Source: Flectonema sp. DT1601 | Lineage: Eukaryota | Direction of reading: 5' to 3' | NCBI GenBank assembly: GCA_964019425.1 | Contig: OZ025780.1 | Coordinates: 434,001-498,000, forward strand | DNA: 64,000 nucleotides | In this document: positions 22,352 through 34,725 of the stretch, in pieces | Numbering within the stretch: the stretch's first letter is position 1 | How the letters are laid out: each line of letters begins with the position of its first letter | The notes under the pieces: generated by a model | Seen by the model: the letters and a program-made list of their open reading frames with translations, nothing else | What the model was told of the DNA's origin: nothing | Databases searched by the model: none | Translations under genes and position numbers: made by a program

Positions 22352-24589
22352 TTATCCCAACCCAAGAGATTGAGAGAGAGAGATTGACAATCGGTGTTCT
22401 GTTTCTTCTTTCATCGCACATATTTTTTTATTCTTGTGGATTTCTTCTTGGATTCGAGCAGTGAGGGCACAATTCTCTCTAGTCAAACGTTTCATTTCTC
22501 TCCTCAAGTACTCAGCTTCCACATAAGACTCAGAGCTATTGAGTTCGTTGACAGCATTCCTAACTCTGGTGGAACACTCATCTCTGGTAGCGTTGACTAT
22601 TGAGGTGCATTCGTCATTTCGTTTTTGAAGTTTCTCTTCAGCAATGGTGCATTGAGACGCTAATTTATCAGCCACTAGATTCAATGAGTCGATGTTCGAT
22701 TCCATTTTTCTCTTTTCTTCATTCCATTGAACTTGCTCTTGTCTTAATTTTGTTAGAGTTGCTGTCTGTGTTTGCTCTGCGTCTTTTAGCTCTGTAGAAG
22801 ATTCATGTAAAGCTCCCAACTCATCTGTTAGCTTTCTAATTTCCTTCTTGTTGGTTTCTGTGGTGTTCACCAACCTCTGTTTTATGTTATTTTTCGAATT
22901 TCGTAATCCTTCATTCTCTTCAATAAGAGCCTCCACCTCTTCTGAGTACGTAGTTTTAATGAGACTCACTTGTTCTTCCAGTTCGGCAATCTTTTCATCT
23001 TTCGCGTCGACGTCGGTTGCAACAATCGAGTATTCGGATTCCTTCTTTTCCAGAACTGATTCCATTCTGTCGAGTGTCCTTTCAAGTTCTACGATGTAAG
23101 CTTGTTTAGAGTTGTTATCTTTTTGTAAACTGCTTACAGTCTTTTGAAGTCGAGATTCAGCTCCTCGTAGCTGATCAATATCAGAAGTAGCATCACGGAG
23201 TTGAGATTCTCTTGTTTCCAATTTAATAAGAAGTGTTTCATACATTGTCTCGTAATCAGGTTTGGAATCATCTGTTTGAGTATTTGATGAATCTGTAGGC
23301 TGGTTGGATGTCTCTGTGTCAGAAAGTTGTTCTTGCAGCTGCTGAATGGTTTCCTCTCTGTCGAGAAGGTCTGACTTGTGTTGCCGCTGAGCTGCTCGTA
23401 GATTTGTTTCCAGTTCTTCAACAGTGCGGATGAGTTGAGCATTTTTAGTTCTCGACTCAAACTGTTCAGATACAAGTTTTGTGTAACTCTCAGTACAGTT
23501 ACCTTCTGTTGTTCTTCTTGGTATCTCTTTCACAGTTTGTGGTTCAGTGATACTGTTTTTTAACGTCAACAACTCTTGTTCTAGTCGAATGCATTTTTGA
23601 CGCCAATCTTCTTGTCTTCTTACTTTTGGTTCACTTTTTACTTTCATTGCACGCTGACCAAACTGGCAAGTTGATAGAGATTCCCAAACACTTACAGGAG
23701 TTGGGGACATAGTCACAATAACTGAAGTCTTACCACTTCCTCCAAGTGAATCTTGTAACAGTTTTGTAAGAATTGAGTCTCTGTAGGGAATGTGAGAATG
23801 CTTTGCATCACTCAGACTCGATACAACGTTACCCAAATGTGACAGCGATTGATTAATAAATTTTGCTTCCTGAAGACGATCTCCACTACAATGAGTTTTT
23901 GAAACCCTCTCTGAACCTGCGAGATCAACAAATGTTAACGAACCAGACACTGTTCCTGTTCCGTCTTGCAATGCTGTTCTCAATCTTATTATTAAACATG
24001 AATGTGATCTGGATGATGTTGCATTCATTCGAGTCAGAGCTGTAGATCTATTATTCTGACAGCTCACTATAAATTCATTCGCCTCATCCAAAGATGTACA
24101 CGTCTTACAATTAGCTCCTTGTAACATTGTAACTCCATCAGCATCTCGACGTAGTAGGACTTGCTCTTGACCTGGGCAGGTTAAATCTTGAATTTCTTCA
24201 TTATAAATTTGAATATTTTGTATTGTGATCAAATCAGTTTCGCTATTCACTATTGAAAATAAATATTCCAACGACCTGATTGTTATTCCGTCTTCACCCG
24301 ATAAGGTATATGTTTTTCCACTACCACTTTGACCATAACACATTAGAGTGCATTGATGACCACGAATCGCTTCATCTATGAGGGGTTTAGCAGTTTGTAA
24401 GTAGACCATTTCTTGGGTAGACTCACCGTCAAATACTTCACTGAATCCAAATCTTGGTTTGTCAAATGAATTTCTACAAACTTCAACAACACCACCGTAC
24501 TCATCAGTTCCCTCGTGACATACTACTCCCCCTCTGTCGTGAGGTCCCATATCTTTTCTAACTCTTGCGTATACTTTTATAGGTTCCAT
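22352..24589 (-). CDS. Kinesin motor protein with coiled-coil tail
   Basis: GQSGSGKT P-loop, NATSSRSH, DLAGSER and HIPYRDSILT, followed by a long coiled coil. Confidence 0.95.
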   Translation of the reverse strand: MEPIKVYARVRKDMGPHDRGGVVCHEGTDEYGGVVEVCRNSFDKPRFGFSEVFDGESTQEMVYLQTAKPLIDEAIRGHQCTLMCYGQSGSGKTYTLSGEDGITIRSLEYLFSIVNSETDLITIQNIQIYNEEIQDLTCPGQEQVLLRRDADGVTMLQGANCKTCTSLDEANEFIVSCQNNRSTALTRMNATSSRSHSCLIIRLRTALQDGTGTVSGSLTFVDLAGSERVSKTHCSGDRLQEAKFINQSLSHLGNVVSSLSDAKHSHIPYRDSILTKLLQDSLGGSGKTSVIVTMSPTPVSVWESLSTCQFGQRAMKVKSEPKVRRQEDWRQKCIRLEQELLTLKNSITEPQTVKEIPRRTTEGNCTESYTKLVSEQFESRTKNAQLIRTVEELETNLRAAQRQHKSDLLDREETIQQLQEQLSDTETSNQPTDSSNTQTDDSKPDYETMYETLLIKLETRESQLRDATSDIDQLRGAESRLQKTVSSLQKDNNSKQAYIVELERTLDRMESVLEKKESEYSIVATDVDAKDEKIAELEEQVSLIKTTYSEEVEALIEENEGLRNSKNNIKQRLVNTTETNKKEIRKLTDELGALHESSTELKDAEQTQTATLTKLRQEQVQWNEEKRKMESNIDSLNLVADKLASQCTIAEEKLQKRNDECTSIVNATRDECSTRVRNAVNELNSSESYVEAEYLRREMKRLTRENCALTARIQEEIHKNKKICAMKEETEHRLSISLSQSLGLG

Positions 24590-26032
24590 TTTTATATATT
24601 TTAATATTCCTTAAACAACTAAAACATTAACAACAATAACAGAACCATAAACATTAATTAGATCAACCTACAACACCAAAACACGACAATCAAATAGGTC
24701 TACGCCAAAACTCAACAATGCTACACTGCGGTTATTAGTACTCAACATTATAACTTTGACGAACTCACCTTCAGTGAGGAAAGACTCTACTACGAAACTT
24801 AGAAAAACTTAACAATAAAAAACGACAGTACACGGCATCCACTCGTCCAACTCTGTGAACAGTCGCACACACAAACATCGTTATCCTGTAGCGGGGAAAG
24901 GAATGAGTGATGATCTAATGTCAGCATCACAATAGTCACGACAAGAAAACGATCGATTCATGCGGTGGGAAGCAGAAGAATGCCAACACACCCGCAGGAT
25001 GGAAGAAAACAAGGAAAAAGAAAATAGAAACGGAGAGGAAAGGGGAGGGGAAAGGAAGTGAAATACCACTAATTCCCTCACAAGAAGAACTCAGTCACAG
25101 ACACCAGTAGATCAGCGGATCAAGACCATCTACGAATAAGACTCAAGTGATGGGAAGTGGTGTTATAATATGGATCGCATGTAATATTTACATGTCATAT
25201 TTCAAAAACCTTTTCAAAACAATTCCATAACAAGAGATCACATCAATGCCGGGATAAGATAAAGATTGCAAAAGCGGCAAGGCTGTGCACCTGAAACGAA
25301 ATTGAGTGAAGAAACCATTCTATTTTTAGTTTGATAAATTAGTTTGTTTTTGGCAGCAGAGCTATCTCGAAACGAAAAACCACTTTTCTCAAAACAGCGT
25401 TTTCGTCGAGTCAATGATAAAACAGGCGCGGTGAGCAGAATGTGAAATCTTTTTCACGTTCCTTGCGTCCCCGCGAAGGGAAAAAAAAAAAAAAAAAGAA
25501 ACGTTTCCAAAAAAGCAATCCGAAGACGCAGAGAAGTCAGTAATGCGTTAAATAAAAACACGACACCACCTGGAAAGCGGTGGAATGATTCATTCACTGG
25601 TGAAAGGAAACAAAAGACCGCACCTCACCCACTGCTGCATGTGCCTCACGAAAAAACACTGATGACCGATTAACAACAACAACAACTTTCGGTCAACTCT
25701 CTCGTGACTCGGCACAGCTCTATAATTGTACTCCGCCCGTACAACTTGATGCACCTCCGATGACCTTCCTAAGAAGGCTGCGGGGATGCTTGCTGTGAGC
25801 AAGGTCGGCCAAATGTCAAAGGAAAAAATAAGATTTTGCGGATAACGAGTTGTTTGTGTTGGGAAGGGGGGGGCATATAATGAGGTGGGAAAAAACAACC
25901 AGTTTTAAAAAATAGAATAGAGAGAAGTGCAAGAAAAATAAGTAAATTCAAAAAAAAAAGAAGCAGAAAACAAGGCAGACATTTATAAGGACATATCATG
26001 TGGTCCATTCAAATGCGCTGTTCCTTTTGCTC

Positions 26033-27951
26033 CTACAAACAAGTGGAGCATCCCAAAACTCCATTGAATGCTGGTCCACGACTCTTCTGACACCACAGCG
26101 CAGGAAGGGCTGCCTGGTATCCGAACACGGCGACGTGGCTGCTGTCAGTCTGAGCAACTGGAAGCTCAACCGCCTCACCTCTCGCGACATCCAAGCGGAA
26201 TGCGGTCATTGGGAACCCCGCTCCGTTCACTTCGATCTTCGGAGCACAGGATCCCGCAGTCCATCCAGCGGCCGGAAGGCTCGCTGGGAATCCCAAGTTC
26301 TGAGTCTTCGAGCAAGGTGGGCAGTGGTACACCACAACCAAGAACGTGCACGACGCGCTGTCTCCGCACTCCACTTCGAACTTCGCTCCTGCCGCCACTG
26401 GAAGGGCAGGAAAGAACGCGTCCATCTGAGAGTACACGTCAGGAACCTGCACCAGGTTGAGACCCTGTCCAGACACAGCGGTCGCTCCACTGACTGGGGT
26501 CAGGGCGAGCTCAACTCCATTCTGTCTCACTCCGTAGAAAGGAACACGGCAGCACGATTCCAACTTGCACGGGAAAGTCGCGCACGCGGTGCTCACCGGA
26601 AGTGGAAAAGGGGAAGCAGCTGGGCACATCGAACCTGCTGGCAGAGTCTCACAAGTGGCGAGGAAGGTTTCAGTTTCCCTCTTTCTCGACGATTGCATTT
26701 CGAAGAAGGTGATTCCGTATCCAGCACTCTTGTAAAAGGCGTGTGGTCTGAAGTTTGGTCCGATTTCGTAGAACTGTCCTTGGGCTACCCCGTGGTCTGA
26801 GTACTCTTGGCTGACAATTCCTGTTTGTTTTTTTTAATAATAACAACAACAACAACCGTTACTCTTGACCATATGCGCCACATAAAAAACACGAAAATAT
26901 CAAAAAAAAAAGAAAACATGACAAGAAGGAAGAAGGCAATTATATAAAATCACAAACCGTTGTATCCCAAAGCACTATTTTCAATCCAACTGACGACGTA
27001 TCCTCCCCAACCCTGGGCACCGATCCCCGTGAGAGTGTGAAGAAGCTGCTGGTCATCAGCGGCCGTGTTCGAAGTGTGGCGAAGCTGCACGATCCCCGTC
27101 GTCGCTGAACCACTTCCATCGTACCTTCTCATGAAAAGTTTGCCGTTGTAGTTCCAGACAACTGCGAACCCTCCGCTTCCGGACAACGTGGCCACGCTTG
27201 GAAGCTCAGGTTGGGTACCGGCGAAGATTTCAGCTTGAGTTGCCGTCTGGCTCACTTGAAATGTTGTTCTGCTCAATCCTCCGGATGGCTGAATCGTTAC
27301 CTCGACACTTCCACGGGCTTCGTACGCAATCGCCCATCCGCCTCCCACCAAAGCAACCACCCGCGGTCTGTTTCCGAAGTCCGAAATCTCCTCCGCGTGA
27401 ACCGACCTGCTTCCATCAGCTGCGTACACCGAAAGGTACAACTTGTAACGAATGGCGCTGTGCCACGTCACCGCGAACCCTCCTCCCTCCAACATCGACA
27501 CGTCCGGGTGCCACTGACCCTGTCCGCTTGGGTCCACGAACTCCAATTCGTCGCTCAGCTTCACACCCGCGGAGTTGAAGATCGCCGTGTGCAGTGTTCT
27601 CCCCGTCTCCTCGACGTACACAATGACAAACCCTCCCTGCCTTCCGGAGATCACCGGCCAAGCGTACGGAGCCTCGTCGTTGTGATTCAAAGCCCAGAAC
27701 TTGAACAGGTCCGGCAGCTGTACTTCCACATCAGGTCCGGTCACGTGACCGTCGCAGTCGTAGGTCCTAATATGGTGCTTGCTCTTCGTCGCCAAGTCAG
27801 TTCGGTGTTCAACGTGACCACATGTAGGAAGCGGTGACGCCCCGATGACGAGGTAGTCCCCAGCAGGTGTCAGCGGCTGGCGGGTGTACGGCGAAGGAGT
27901 CGCTGATGCCGTCAGTGCCGCAACACCGACCGTGAAAGCTGCGCGAAGCAT
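26033..27951 (-). CDS. Secreted protein with GGF(A/V)V(T/V)W repeats and a Cys-rich C-terminal domain, 2 exons, ~593 aa
   Basis: Exons 27951-26958 and 26820-26033. GT-AG intron 26957-26821 joins YN|GIVSQEY in frame with the 221-aa ORF. Has a signal peptide and is visibly GC-richer than its neighbours. Confidence 0.7.
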
Positions 27952-28287
27952 TATTTTTTTTTTTTTTTTAGTGAAAAAGAGATAACTGCGAGAGAAGCAA
28001 TAAAGTAATTATAATCCAATTTACAAATGACCAAAATACGATGTCACCTTACCACGAAGTCGATAAGTATAAACTTAAAAGTACGAAGATGACCATCAAA
28101 ATATAAAACAAGTACAAGTGTTCTAAATGCAAAAGCTCAAAATGAAGAACAACGGATGTGCTGATTCTAAAGCAAAGAATAATACACGGTTAAGATATGA
28201 ATAAAAGAAAAGGGTTCAAAATATACGTCCATTGCTATCATAGATAAGCCAAATGAGTAACCGAAAGAACCTTTGAGGATCACCATC

Positions 28288-29010
28288 TCAAGCAAAAATG
28301 TCCAAAGCCATAGGAATAATAAGAAGAGTCCCAGTTATGGAAGCTGTTCTTGATAGCAGTCCTCTGAAAAATCCACCATTGTTGTAAATAATTTTAAATG
28401 ACTTAGCGATGGGGAGGTCATGCGCCTGTTGATGTGCTGCAAGAACAGCGAATGGTTGAGAAGTAGGTCCTGCAATGCAAGCTGATACCGCAGCTGAAGC
28501 AATCTCATGGAAGGCGAAGTGTCCATTTGGATAATGTTTTACAGAGAAGTCTCTTATTCGATTTCTGAGGAAGAACAGACATCCTGCGAATGGAACTTCA
28601 CGAGCAGCAGTGGCAGCCATGCCGTTAGGTATTGCTATTCCTTTTATTCCATTTTTCTGATATTGTGATACAGCTTCTCCACGAAGAGAATTTCCATTCA
28701 TGTGTGCCTTTGTGATGCAATTCTCAACCTGACTTGTGATCAACAGACCTGCGCAACATCCAGAAATCATTGCCGAGGAACCTCCAGAGACAGTTGATGA
28801 TAATTTGGTACTGATTCCTTCTTCTATTACTGTAGTAGGACCGACACTACACCAAAGTCCTCCTCCTCCTTTGTATAACTCTTTGAAGCTGGGACTGCTC
28901 ATCCCAGCACTCATCCTTTTAGAAATAATCCACAGAGGGTAGTTTATAATAATATCACAACCAGCAGCTGCTCCTACTACGACGGCACTTCGTAGGGCAC
29001 CCTGTTCCAT
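28288..29010 (-). CDS. Divergent mitochondrial carrier (SLC25) family protein
   Basis: Three-repeat layout with LYKG, AREVPF and GFFRGLLSR motifs. Px[DE]xx[KR] motifs are degenerate. Confidence 0.7.
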   Translation of the reverse strand: MEQGALRSAVVVGAAAGCDIIINYPLWIISKRMSAGMSSPSFKELYKGGGGLWCSVGPTTVIEEGISTKLSSTVSGGSSAMISGCCAGLLITSQVENCITKAHMNGNSLRGEAVSQYQKNGIKGIAIPNGMAATAAREVPFAGCLFFLRNRIRDFSVKHYPNGHFAFHEIASAAVSACIAGPTSQPFAVLAAHQQAHDLPIAKSFKIIYNNGGFFRGLLSRTASITGTLLIIPMALDIFA

Positions 29011-29232
29011 TGAAAAAGGTCGGTCTTTCTTTTTTTATTTATTTTTTTTGATCTAAATTTTAAAAGAAAATAAGAAGACAACGAAGGAAAAAGTAACAAA
29101 AAAACTTAACTTTGCGAAGGAAGACTGCTCGACTTTACCCAGTACCAGTAACTTCCCAAATCAGTAGGGGGGTCGTACTGCGGGTTTTCATTGTTAGCGT
29201 TCGTGTCATACGTTTCCAAACTACGAAACATC

Positions 29233-29263
<31 letters not shown>

Positions 29264-29382
29264 ACGTGGGTATGAAATACCATGAATATCTTTCCAACGT
29301 TTGTTAATAAGAGTTATTTGTGTATGATTAAGTACCTTTTTTATACATAAAAAGGTTTTAAATTAATAGATAAGAATAAAGA

Positions 29383-31206
29383 CTACGAATTGCAAACTTG
29401 GGGAGCAATGCACTCACATTTTCCATTTACGACACGAGCAATGAATGGTGTAGCAGGAAGACCTGATGATGATTTTAGAGGACAGGTTGCGAGGGGACAA
29501 GGATCGGAGGTTGGATCGTTTCGTCCACAGCAACTGTCGTATTCGTTTTCGAAAAAGGCGTATCTGATTCCATAGATATCACCCAAAGATGAGATGTCAG
29601 CTGTGATTGATGAAGCACCTGCTGTGTTTATGTTCACCATCGGCCATGTGTCAAGCGATGAAAACACTGATGAACCAACACCTGGATGCATAACAGACTT
29701 ACCTGTACCATCATCCCTACAGAGAGTATCAGATCTAGTCGGTCCTGCAGCAGTTTGAAGACAAAACAAAGTAGAATTAGTCAAGACTTGTAAAAAAGAT
29801 GCGTTGTTATGTCTTTGATAGTCACTTACAACAACAGTTTCTGATCCCAACAATTCTTGTTTAAAATTAATAGTGAGTTTTCCATTCATAACTTCACACC
29901 CTGATAATATCGGACCTCTCACTGCAACTGCTCCTGGTTTGTATACCGTCCCGTAACATGATTGAGCAAGACGCTTACCAACGGGTTGCTTTGTTCGAGG
30001 ATGGATAGGTCCCATGTAATAGTTCGTAGCGTTTAGTGAATCACAATATTGATCACATCCATTACAGAATGCTCCAGGTTTTAAATTATTAGGACAACAT
30101 CCTTTATAATAACACGTCGTATTACTGAATGGATCTGACAGGTCAAACGCATGAGCGTAAAATGTATTTTTAAAAACAGCATTTGGTAAATCTCCATAAC
30201 TTGCAGTCTGTGCTACATACATACCACCAATGTCGGGATGTCCTTCGTTTCCAGAAGCTGCGAGAGTGACTAATCCGAATGGAGCATTTGGATTAGTAGT
30301 TCCTGGTTCTAAGCTAAACAACGATCTCCATTCATCAACCATTTTCGGAACTTCACAACTGTATCCTGATGAATCGTCACTATTACCAAACAGAGATCCC
30401 ATGTTATTCTCTCCTTGGTACCATACAAACCCTTTCATAGTCATTTGACTAAAAGGAACTACTCTACTGTCAAACCATTCTTGACTACTGCTGTCTAGGG
30501 AAACATTCTTGCACAGGCTTGATGTTTTATTTGAAGTCCATTGTTGAACTGTTGATCCACCCCATGCTGTGTGGATCAGTCCTAATGGAGGAGCTTCACT
30601 TTCAAATAGCTTTGAAAGTTCCTGACCAAAGTAATAACAAGTAGAAGAGAAGCTGAATAGCACTGGCAAACCAGACTTATCAATGATCGTAGTCGTGTTT
30701 AATAAGGTGTTCCATGATAAAGTTGGATTCATATTCCCCGCAAGTTGATGTAATCTGATGTTATTGAACTTCCCATTACGAATTGCTGCTAACGATTCAT
30801 TTCTTGATATGGTATGGATCATTGGTAGAGCCATGTTAGATTGACCACCGCAATACCAAACATCACCGAAAGTAACATCAACGATCTTGATGGTGTTTGA
30901 GCCATCTGATGAACATCCATTGCAGGTAATTGATATTTGATAGCTACCTCCAGCAGGTGTTGGTTTTAAATAAACAATCCAATTCATCTCCGTAACCCTT
31001 CCAGTAACTTCATAAGAAGACCCCTCATCTGATGTTACTGTTGCTGTGACATGAAGAGTTGAATCATTGTCAGTTTTCAACACTCCAAAAACACCTGATT
31101 TTTCAGGAGCACGTTGCAACACCATGTGGCTACCCACATGGTCTGAGAACGATATAAGTCCTGAAGCTTGTATAGCCATTGCTAGTAGTAGTCCAAAGGT
31201 TTTCAT
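29383..31206 (-). CDS. Sialate O-acetylesterase-like (SASA) secreted esterase
   Basis: Signal peptide, then SHMVLQRAP, GDVWYCGGQSNM, WYQGENN and IHPRTKQPVGKRLA. Confidence 0.85.
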   Translation of the reverse strand: MKTFGLLLAMAIQASGLISFSDHVGSHMVLQRAPEKSGVFGVLKTDNDSTLHVTATVTSDEGSSYEVTGRVTEMNWIVYLKPTPAGGSYQISITCNGCSSDGSNTIKIVDVTFGDVWYCGGQSNMALPMIHTISRNESLAAIRNGKFNNIRLHQLAGNMNPTLSWNTLLNTTTIIDKSGLPVLFSFSSTCYYFGQELSKLFESEAPPLGLIHTAWGGSTVQQWTSNKTSSLCKNVSLDSSSQEWFDSRVVPFSQMTMKGFVWYQGENNMGSLFGNSDDSSGYSCEVPKMVDEWRSLFSLEPGTTNPNAPFGLVTLAASGNEGHPDIGGMYVAQTASYGDLPNAVFKNTFYAHAFDLSDPFSNTTCYYKGCCPNNLKPGAFCNGCDQYCDSLNATNYYMGPIHPRTKQPVGKRLAQSCYGTVYKPGAVAVRGPILSGCEVMNGKLTINFKQELLGSETVVVSDYQRHNNASFLQVLTNSTLFCLQTAAGPTRSDTLCRDDGTGKSVMHPGVGSSVFSSLDTWPMVNINTAGASSITADISSLGDIYGIRYAFFENEYDSCCGRNDPTSDPCPLATCPLKSSSGLPATPFIARVVNGKCECIAPQVCNS

Positions 31207-31666
31207 TGTTGTTGTTGTTATTATTTTTGAATTGATATAGATCTGATGGGGGAAAAAAAAAAAAAAAAATTTTAAATATTAATATCACTATTCACAATAG
31301 AATAAAAACAAGCATATCGAATTCTAAAAAAAAGGGAAAATACTAAGGACTTAGGAAGGGTGGGCAAAAATTCAGGTTTTTCAGTAGCACTTTTTTTTTT
31401 TTTAATTATAGTTCTCTTTTCTAATTTCTTATTTCCTTTTTTTTTATTCTTTTCTTGTTTTTTCCCCTCCGACTATGGCGCTACTAATCCTTATTTTGTG
31501 AAGGGAGTCTAGGAGGGATTTCAATTTTTTTTTATTTTTTTCTTCTATAAGTATCGTCAAATACATTCTACTGTTAAATGGCTACAACAAAAAAAAAATT
31601 AAAAAAAACACAACTCATATGGCCACCATGACAGGTTACAATAAGATTTTAAGAGCAACCCATGAG

Positions 31667-32308
31667 TCACTTGATGCCGTGTTGCTGAAGCTTTGCTGCT
31701 TGTGATTGAATTTTGCTGTCCTTCAACTGAACGAGTTGCTCGATTTTTTTTATTTTTAATTCCAAAATTTCAATTGTCTCGCGAAGCTCTGAAATTGTTT
31801 CATTTTTTTCCTGAATTATTCTGGTTTCAACACTTTCTCCAATCATTCCGTCAGAGCGTGGATGAGGTACCTGTCGTCTACCATCAACAGGTGCGAATGC
31901 AGCTGCGTGAGGATCACTGTGTTGGAGCTGTTGTCCTGTTTGATGCTGCCTTTGAATTTTTTTTTGTTGAATTTGCTGAACCTTTGTTTGCAAAGCTCTC
32001 AAAAACCTCTCGATCGCCCCAGGCTCACAGGTTGCTATGTCTTGCGAGACCGAATCGTCAACATCAAAATTCAATTTCCTGAAAACTTTTGCCGACAACG
32101 TTCTCCAATTATACAATTTTTGAGACGTCGAATGCGCTGCAGGATAGTTGTGAAGGTCAACAAGCTTTGGAAAGAAATGCTTCACTACTTCCGCTACTAA
32201 CATTCCATCAGAAAAATCTCTCGCAATGTTTTTTTTAGGTCTACTCAAAGGAATACTATCGACCCACTGATAAAGGTCTTGGAGTTCATCTTCATCCATT
32301 ATTGCCAT
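31667..32308 (-). CDS. SPEF1: SPEF1 (sperm flagellar protein 1)-like CH-domain protein
   Basis: LYQWVDSIPLSRPKKNIARDFSDG...VDLHNY...KLYNW, plus a C-terminal coiled coil ending LVQLKDSKI. Confidence 0.9.
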   Translation of the reverse strand: MAIMDEDELQDLYQWVDSIPLSRPKKNIARDFSDGMLVAEVVKHFFPKLVDLHNYPAAHSTSQKLYNWRTLSAKVFRKLNFDVDDSVSQDIATCEPGAIERFLRALQTKVQQIQQKKIQRQHQTGQQLQHSDPHAAAFAPVDGRRQVPHPRSDGMIGESVETRIIQEKNETISELRETIEILELKIKKIEQLVQLKDSKIQSQAAKLQQHGIK

Positions 32309-32552
32309 TTTTTTTTTAAATTATTTATTTGTTTTTATTTGGACTTTTTGAAGGGGGTTTCGGTACCCTGTTCCAATTATTCTGTGTTTGTTTTATATTT
32401 AAAAAAAAATAGATAAAAAAAAATTATAATTACATTCTCATGAGTACCATTCCATATAATGTGTTGTAAATTCTTGTTGCTAAAGAGAAAAAAAAGTAAC
32501 GTGAAAAAAAGAAAATTTATAATCTATCACAAAAACACACTAATGAGTGCAA

Positions 32553-34115
32553 CTACCATGTCGACGTATCATCACAGAGCTCAGAATCAAGCTGATCTGA
32601 TAGTGTTGTTGGTGAGAGTAATTTTAAAAAAGCCTCCATGTGTATTGGAGACAACATAGACGAATCATTTTTAATCTTTTCAACAGCCATAGTAAGCAGC
32701 TGATCCGAACGGTTTAGTGAAAGAGTCGTAAACGACGTACAAATAGCAACAAGTTGATTAGCAGAAAATAAATCAATTTTAGAAATTGAAAGAGAAGATA
32801 ATTTTTGAATTGCCGATCGATGTCTTACTCTCAAGGACATCATTGATGTAATAAGTAAGTGTATTTCTGATGGGTTCATAAAATGAGAATCATCCAGCAG
32901 GTTGCGGATCATCGCGATCGCCCAATTCGTAATCTTATTCTTGACACATACACGAAGTACAGCACACCATAATTCATTGTGTTTTGACTTTGGATCCTTC
33001 AACCACCATATTAACTTGTGTTTCTCAATCGTTTGTAAGAAATTATCAAACTGATCTCGGCCATTAAACAAACCAGAATCAGATGCCTGCCTTACAATCG
33101 AAGCCATTATATTGGCTTCACGATGAGTTGATGAGTATAGTATAATCCTTTTATAAAAGTTTGGAACAGATTCAACACAAACAGTGAAATTAACATTTAC
33201 AGCAGCCCGCACCAACAACTTATCAGTAAGACTCGTGCTGTTGCTTTTTATTATTTCAACAAAACGATTGCTAGGTATGTTCGAAAATGTTAAAAAAAAT
33301 CGAGATAGCATCGGTACTGGTGTGTTCAGTTCGATTCCGACTATCTTCGATATTTTTATACAAGAATCCATTATAGATTTCATCACAGATTGCAATCGAA
33401 GGGTCTTTTTTTCAATTTGTTTCATCTCTTCAGAACACAAGAATAATTTTAATCTCACTAAAGATGCCAAACTGACACCGCGAATTCGAAAATCAGGTTG
33501 GGATGAGGCAAGTAGATGACCATGTATGTCATCTACTGTCACCAATACCTTAATTAGATTTGCAGCGAAAAGGAATCCTCCAGCTGAATACGAGTAAAGC
33601 AATTCAACTAACTTATTGTGAGAAATCTGACAGAGAGAATCGTACGGTTGCTGTTCTATAAAGCCAGTTGCTAACTTCGTAAGTAAAAAAGGACGAGAAC
33701 TAGATGAAAATTGAACTGTTGAAAATGAATTTACCAACGTCACTAGTTCATTGATGCTACCAAATTTCAGATTATTAAAACAGTAATTAACAAGAGGAGG
33801 TGATGCGTGTCTTAATGTTGATATTGCGATGCAACAGTTGAAGGATTCAGAGGATGATATTCTCCTCTTTGTTAAATATTGATCGAACAGTAGATCTAAT
33901 TTACGAAAATGATTAGTCATCAACACACCTGAAGTGTCAACCGTCTGTGCTATCCCTCCACGTTGATAAATTTGTCTTCCGAGAGTTGTAGTGCAATCTA
34001 TGACTTCCTTCACACTTACTTTTTTATTCAGTTCGATTCTCTTTAGTGTTGTCAACGTTGAACTCGGAATGCCAAGGGACCGTATGGTCCACCACCTGGA
34101 CATCTTCGGTGGCAT
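32553..34115 (-). CDS. Hypothetical helical protein
   Basis: 520-aa ORF on the coding strand. No family recognised. Confidence 0.6.
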   Translation of the reverse strand: MPPKMSRWWTIRSLGIPSSTLTTLKRIELNKKVSVKEVIDCTTTLGRQIYQRGGIAQTVDTSGVLMTNHFRKLDLLFDQYLTKRRISSSESFNCCIAISTLRHASPPLVNYCFNNLKFGSINELVTLVNSFSTVQFSSSSRPFLLTKLATGFIEQQPYDSLCQISHNKLVELLYSYSAGGFLFAANLIKVLVTVDDIHGHLLASSQPDFRIRGVSLASLVRLKLFLCSEEMKQIEKKTLRLQSVMKSIMDSCIKISKIVGIELNTPVPMLSRFFLTFSNIPSNRFVEIIKSNSTSLTDKLLVRAAVNVNFTVCVESVPNFYKRIILYSSTHREANIMASIVRQASDSGLFNGRDQFDNFLQTIEKHKLIWWLKDPKSKHNELWCAVLRVCVKNKITNWAIAMIRNLLDDSHFMNPSEIHLLITSMMSLRVRHRSAIQKLSSLSISKIDLFSANQLVAICTSFTTLSLNRSDQLLTMAVEKIKNDSSMLSPIHMEAFLKLLSPTTLSDQLDSELCDDTSTW

Positions 34116-34725
34116 TTATTAGATAAAAAAATAATCGAAAAAATTACATTTGAAGTATTTCTGAATGTTAAAAAAAAAAATAATTTTAAAAAACAGACAC
34201 CAAAATAAAAAACACACGAGAGACTTTTCAACGGTCCGTGTGACCTCAATTGCTTATTATTTTTTGGTTTTCCTTTTTTTTTTTTTTTTCCATTTATATG
34301 GTCTAAGTGACCGCTATTAATACACGCACTAAAAAGAACTTGAGGAAAAAACAAATAATTATCCATTCCGTCGAAGAAGAAAAAAAAGAGTGACGGAAAA
34401 AAAAAAGATGGAAAAAAAAAATAGGTTGTTAATGCGAAAAATAACTATACGAAAACCGCAAAAAAAAAAAAAAAAAAACTAAATTAAGTTACGTTTGTAT
34501 AACCTACTCTTATGAAGCAAAAAAAAAAAGAATAACACAACACAACTAGCTGTTAATTCTGGTTTTTGAAAACTTCGGAATAACGCGTTCCGTTTTGACA
34601 TTCTTTTTTTACAAGCTTTAAAAGATGAAGGTCTTACTTTTTTTTCTTCTCTCTCCTAAATAATGTGTACTTATCTTCCACGAAAAAAAAAAAAAAAAAA
34701 AAGAAAATACTACTCACAATTCAGA

